A DNA stretch of 42,701 bases from a virus: IMG/VR virus record IMGVR_UViG_3300045988_068113; one strand, written 5' to 3'. Position numbers and translations under genes: made by a program. This document shows positions 39,693-42,701 of the stretch, piece by piece. The notes below the pieces were generated by a model that saw nothing but the letters and a program-made list of their open reading frames with translations, was not told the origin of the DNA and did no database searches. How positions within the stretch are numbered: position 1 is the stretch's first letter; each line of letters starts with the position of its first letter.

Positions 39693-41585
39693 CTATTGTG
39701 CCGAGTTACTTGTGACGATTGTGCCGTCAGCGGATAACTTCACATTGATGTTGTCAGCAGGACTGTTGGTATTCTTTACCAACAAGCCATACCAATCACC
39801 GTTTATCTTGTGCAGAGTTCCTGCCCAAATTTCCTTGTAGGTACAGTGCATGACTGTTGCATTCGGTACTTTGGAAAGGAACACTTCCAACTGAGCCTTA
39901 TTTGACAGGGTCGTATCGGTGAAAGGAACTGCTGTGTAGGAGTACTTGATTGCATCAAGCATCTCCGTTACCTCGTTAGAAGTCTTTTCAAGGAAATAAT
40001 TGTTTTCATCAAAGAGAATGGCTCCATCGGTGGTGCTTACATTGAACGGATAGTGATGATTTTCATTCACGTCTGTAACTACTCCGGATAGTAATGCTCC
40101 TGTACCGATATTCAGCATTCCATGATACTCCTGTGAGTTGCCTGTAATCCTGACGGGAACGGAATAGCCGTTGGTGATGCTTACACCCGCATCGGTTAGT
40201 ATCTTTAGATAAGCGGTGAGTGTGGCTTTATTGGTGGCATTGTCGCTTGCCTTTAACTCTATTGCTCCAAAGGCTTTTACACCCTTTGCAAGGGTGTTTA
40301 CTTCGTTGATAGCACCGACTATCTGTTTGGAAGTAGTGGCGAGAGAGTTATCAGTTTCTGTTTGTAATTTATATGAAGAATATCCACCAACAGCGTCAAC
40401 GCTTATTCCAAAAGAAGATGCACCATACATATTGAAGAGCGGTATTACCTCAAATGAACCGTTAGTTGTATCAATACTTATTATAAACGGAGATTTGCCT
40501 TCTGCCCCGCCGTAAGCAATGCCTTTATAATAAGATGGGTCTCCGTGGTTATATGTGAACAGTGTCGTCCCACCCAATAAGCCTGTACTATTTAAAGCAT
40601 CATCATCAAGTGTACCTTCGTTTTCTCCAAGCACTCCAACGAATCGAGCACCTTGCATAGTATTACCCCCTGTCAAAGCCTTCCAGTCAGTTTCAAATTG
40701 GTCGAGTTTTGCCTTCCTCTCTGCATCTGTGCCTGTGAGGTCGATTTCTTGGAGGACGGGGGAGAGGGTAGATTTGTTGGGGTAGCCTTTAAGTGTCAAA
40801 TATTTTGACATATAGTTCTCCAACGTATCAGTACATGGGCCCTGTGTGGTAATACTTCCTCCATTATTGATTATAAATTTATAATATTTATATGATATAG
40901 TGTCGGACTCATAGGAGTGCTTTGCTTTTTTAACCAACGATAAAGGTTGAGCAAATGTAAACTTATAGGAGCCATCGATGAACATCGTATTATATAATGG
41001 GTAAATATTACCCTCCGAGTCCTTAAATACAATATCTACAATTCTACTTGGGGAGTTCAATTGGGCAAACAATCCATCGGGAATTGTCGTGGTATCTTTG
41101 GTGATGACAATGGTATTTCTTACCCCTTGGGCGAGCTTCGCTGAAGTAACTGCATTATCTGCTAACTTACTTGTAGTAACGGCTCCATTGGCAAGCATAT
41201 GGGAAGTGACTTGGTTGTCTGCTTCTTTGTTGACAAGTTCACTTTCCAAATAAGTTCCGTCGCTTACTGCAAAGACAGTGGTGTCTGATACATCGTCATA
41301 AGTTATTATTCCTAAGACAAGAAATGAATCATCCGGTGCTCTATACAAATACCCCACTCCTGAATAATCGTTATCTATAAGACAAGTGACCGCCATTCCG
41401 TTCACGTTTGCTACCCCTGCGGCTTTTGCCTTTTCTATATAGTCAGCAATGTTCTTCACATTCTGAGCATTGGATTCGGTAGTGTTCTCCGTTGAAATAG
41501 GGATTGGGGTATTCAGGTTCTTGTTAGCACCCTTTATCTCTTGTATAAGGCGTTTTACGCCTGCTTCATCTAAAGTCTTTGCCAT
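39693..41585 (-). CDS. Tail fibre protein (630 aa)
   Basis: Contains NGAVTTSKLADNAVTSAKLAQGV (an AVTxxKLA fibre repeat). Ser/Thr/Asn/Gly-rich. Adjacent to the other fibre gene. Low GC relative to the rest of the genome. Confidence 0.7.
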   Translation of the reverse strand: MAKTLDEAGVKRLIQEIKGANKNLNTPIPISTENTTESNAQNVKNIADYIEKAKAAGVANVNGMAVTCLIDNDYSGVGYLYRAPDDSFLVLGIITYDDVSDTTVFAVSDGTYLESELVNKEADNQVTSHMLANGAVTTSKLADNAVTSAKLAQGVRNTIVITKDTTTIPDGLFAQLNSPSRIVDIVFKDSEGNIYPLYNTMFIDGSYKFTFAQPLSLVKKAKHSYESDTISYKYYKFIINNGGSITTQGPCTDTLENYMSKYLTLKGYPNKSTLSPVLQEIDLTGTDAERKAKLDQFETDWKALTGGNTMQGARFVGVLGENEGTLDDDALNSTGLLGGTTLFTYNHGDPSYYKGIAYGGAEGKSPFIISIDTTNGSFEVIPLFNMYGASSFGISVDAVGGYSSYKLQTETDNSLATTSKQIVGAINEVNTLAKGVKAFGAIELKASDNATNKATLTAYLKILTDAGVSITNGYSVPVRITGNSQEYHGMLNIGTGALLSGVVTDVNENHHYPFNVSTTDGAILFDENNYFLEKTSNEVTEMLDAIKYSYTAVPFTDTTLSNKAQLEVFLSKVPNATVMHCTYKEIWAGTLHKINGDWYGLLVKNTNSPADNINVKLSADGTIVTSNSAQ

Positions 41586-41624
41586 ATTCTATTTAATTTT
41601 AATCATTCAAAATGAGAGTAAACT

Positions 41625-42701
41625 TTAATAGGTTGTTGTGTCCCAAAGGTTTGCTACCTCGTCTTCGGTGAGATGCTGTGTTACTTCGGTTTTCAAGGCG
41701 TTGAGTTGCTTTTTAGTCACAGTGTCGTCATCTTCAACGGCATCTTTTGCTTTAAGCGTTCCCGTTGGAGTTCTTCTTGCTACTGCCGAATTAACGGGGG
41801 CCGTGTCAAGAAGGACTGTTGCCATGCCGCTTTTATCGTCAGGTTTGGCATAGAGTTTTGTCTTACCTGTACCACCAACTGAACCGATGGTCTTAAACAT
41901 ATTGGTAGTATCATAACCTCCAACAGTTATGTGGTCAATGTCTGAGAAAGTTTCAAAGGAGCCATCGGCAAGAATCCAAATGAATGATTCAACATTAGAA
42001 TTAGTGCCAAGACCCATAACTTCTTCTGACTGTCTATTAACGTAACATTGAGATATAAACTGACAGTGGTCAAAACCCTTAGCCCCAACAAGCTCACCAT
42101 CAATTTTATATCTACAAAGGTTTAGATAATTGCAGTAACTATAACCCTTGGTGATACCTCTTTTACCCATAACTCCACCGCCAATAACCCTACAATTATA
42201 GAGGTGGTCACAACTTAAAAATCCTATGGTTTTATTAACTTCTTTGCCAACTTCACTACTATAAACTGGGCAATCAACAGTAACATTCTCAACATAGCCG
42301 AATTTTGATATACAAACATTGGCATCTTTTGTATAATTTGCCGTTAAAAGAACACAAGATAGGTTTTTAAGTTTGCAATTAGGATGTCCTTTGAACGCGA
42401 TTTGTTCTGCATCGAGGGCTCTAAAATAAATTTTCTTACCCTGAAAATCTATTTCTTCTGTAGAAGAATTAACTGAAATGGGAAATCCTGGATACACAGT
42501 ATCAATACCCACATACAATAACCTCTTAGCAGTTAAGGTGCTGAGTTTACGTAAATCATCGAAAGTTTCATAATCCGGAAGTTCTATGTTCTTCCTGGCC
42601 TGTAATTGTTGTTCTTTTGTAAGATTTTGTTCTACAAACTTGACATTATCATTGACTTTTGATTGAAGGTCGGTATTCAATTTGTCTATTGATACCGCGC
42701 C
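41625..42701 (-). CDS. Tail fibre / receptor-binding protein, C-terminal part of the junction-spanning gene (see 1..456)
   Basis: The ORF is open to the window edge. Periodic Cys/Asn-containing segments (NCKLKNLSCVLL...VENVTVDCPVY...CDHLYNCRVIGG...CNYLNLCRY...FDHCQFISQCYVN) suggest a beta-helix-type repeat. The track start at 42680 is an internal TTG. Confidence 0.7.
   Translation of the reverse strand, partial: GAVSIDKLNTDLQSKVNDNVKFVEQNLTKEQQLQARKNIELPDYETFDDLRKLSTLTAKRLLYVGIDTVYPGFPISVNSSTEEIDFQGKKIYFRALDAEQIAFKGHPNCKLKNLSCVLLTANYTKDANVCISKFGYVENVTVDCPVYSSEVGKEVNKTIGFLSCDHLYNCRVIGGGVMGKRGITKGYSYCNYLNLCRYKIDGELVGAKGFDHCQFISQCYVNRQSEEVMGLGTNSNVESFIWILADGSFETFSDIDHITVGGYDTTNMFKTIGSVGGTGKTKLYAKPDDKSGMATVLLDTAPVNSAVARRTPTGTLKAKDAVEDDDTVTKKQLNALKTEVTQHLTEDEVANLWDTTTY
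42561..42701. repeat. Terminal direct repeat, copy 2 (identical to 1..141)
   Basis: Read directly. Confidence 0.97.

Noticed and set aside
1-42701. Lysogeny module, integrase, attP, or alternative genetic code (stop-codon reassignment).
   Set aside because: No tyrosine or serine recombinase-like ORF and no divergently transcribed repressor was found. All long ORFs are intact under the standard code. The only two broken genes are explained by single-base frameshifts at G-runs, not by in-frame stops.

Overview
The window is a complete genome of a tailed dsDNA phage. Bases 1..141 are identical to 42561..42701, so the unique length is 42,560 bp and one tail-fibre gene spans the junction. Every credible gene is on the minus strand. 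Genes are tightly packed with many ATGA or 4-nt overlaps, and start codons sit behind AT-rich sequence without Shine-Dalgarno motifs. Several intergenic regions carry TTTG-N19/20-TAnnTTTG boxes, the Bacteroides-type promoter consensus, so a Bacteroidota host is inferred.

Modules in transcription order (descending coordinates):
- 37.5 to 34.5 kb: early cassettes behind two copies of a 109-bp promoter/leader repeat. They hold small ORFs, a C5-methyltransferase-like gene broken at a G8 tract, and an HTH regulator.
- 34.5 to 22.2 kb: recombination and replication genes. These are a PD-(D/E)XK nuclease, an HNH nuclease, an initiator-like gene with internal iterons, a RuvC-like resolvase, a 12 x 27-bp tandem-repeat protein, an SMC/Rad50-like ATPase, a DnaQ-like exonuclease, a NinG-like HNH protein and SSB.
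- 22.1 to 19.9 kb: a putative DNA-modification island (ASCH, ParB-like, Mom-like GNAT).
- 19.9 to 17.9 kb: terminase small and large subunits.
- 17.7 to 0.5 kb: morphogenesis genes (portal, scaffold, major capsid, connector candidates, 1218-aa tape measure, tail-tip proteins).
- 456 to 1 and 42560 to 39693: a low-GC tail-fibre cassette crossing the junction.
- 39.7 to 37.7 kb: lysis cassette (holin-like protein, amidase, frameshifted small gene, spanin-like protein).

I recognised no integrase, repressor, DNA polymerase, helicase, primase, canonical tRNA or CRISPR array. Functional calls rest on motifs read by eye and on gene order. No database search was possible, so family names are recollections to be verified.
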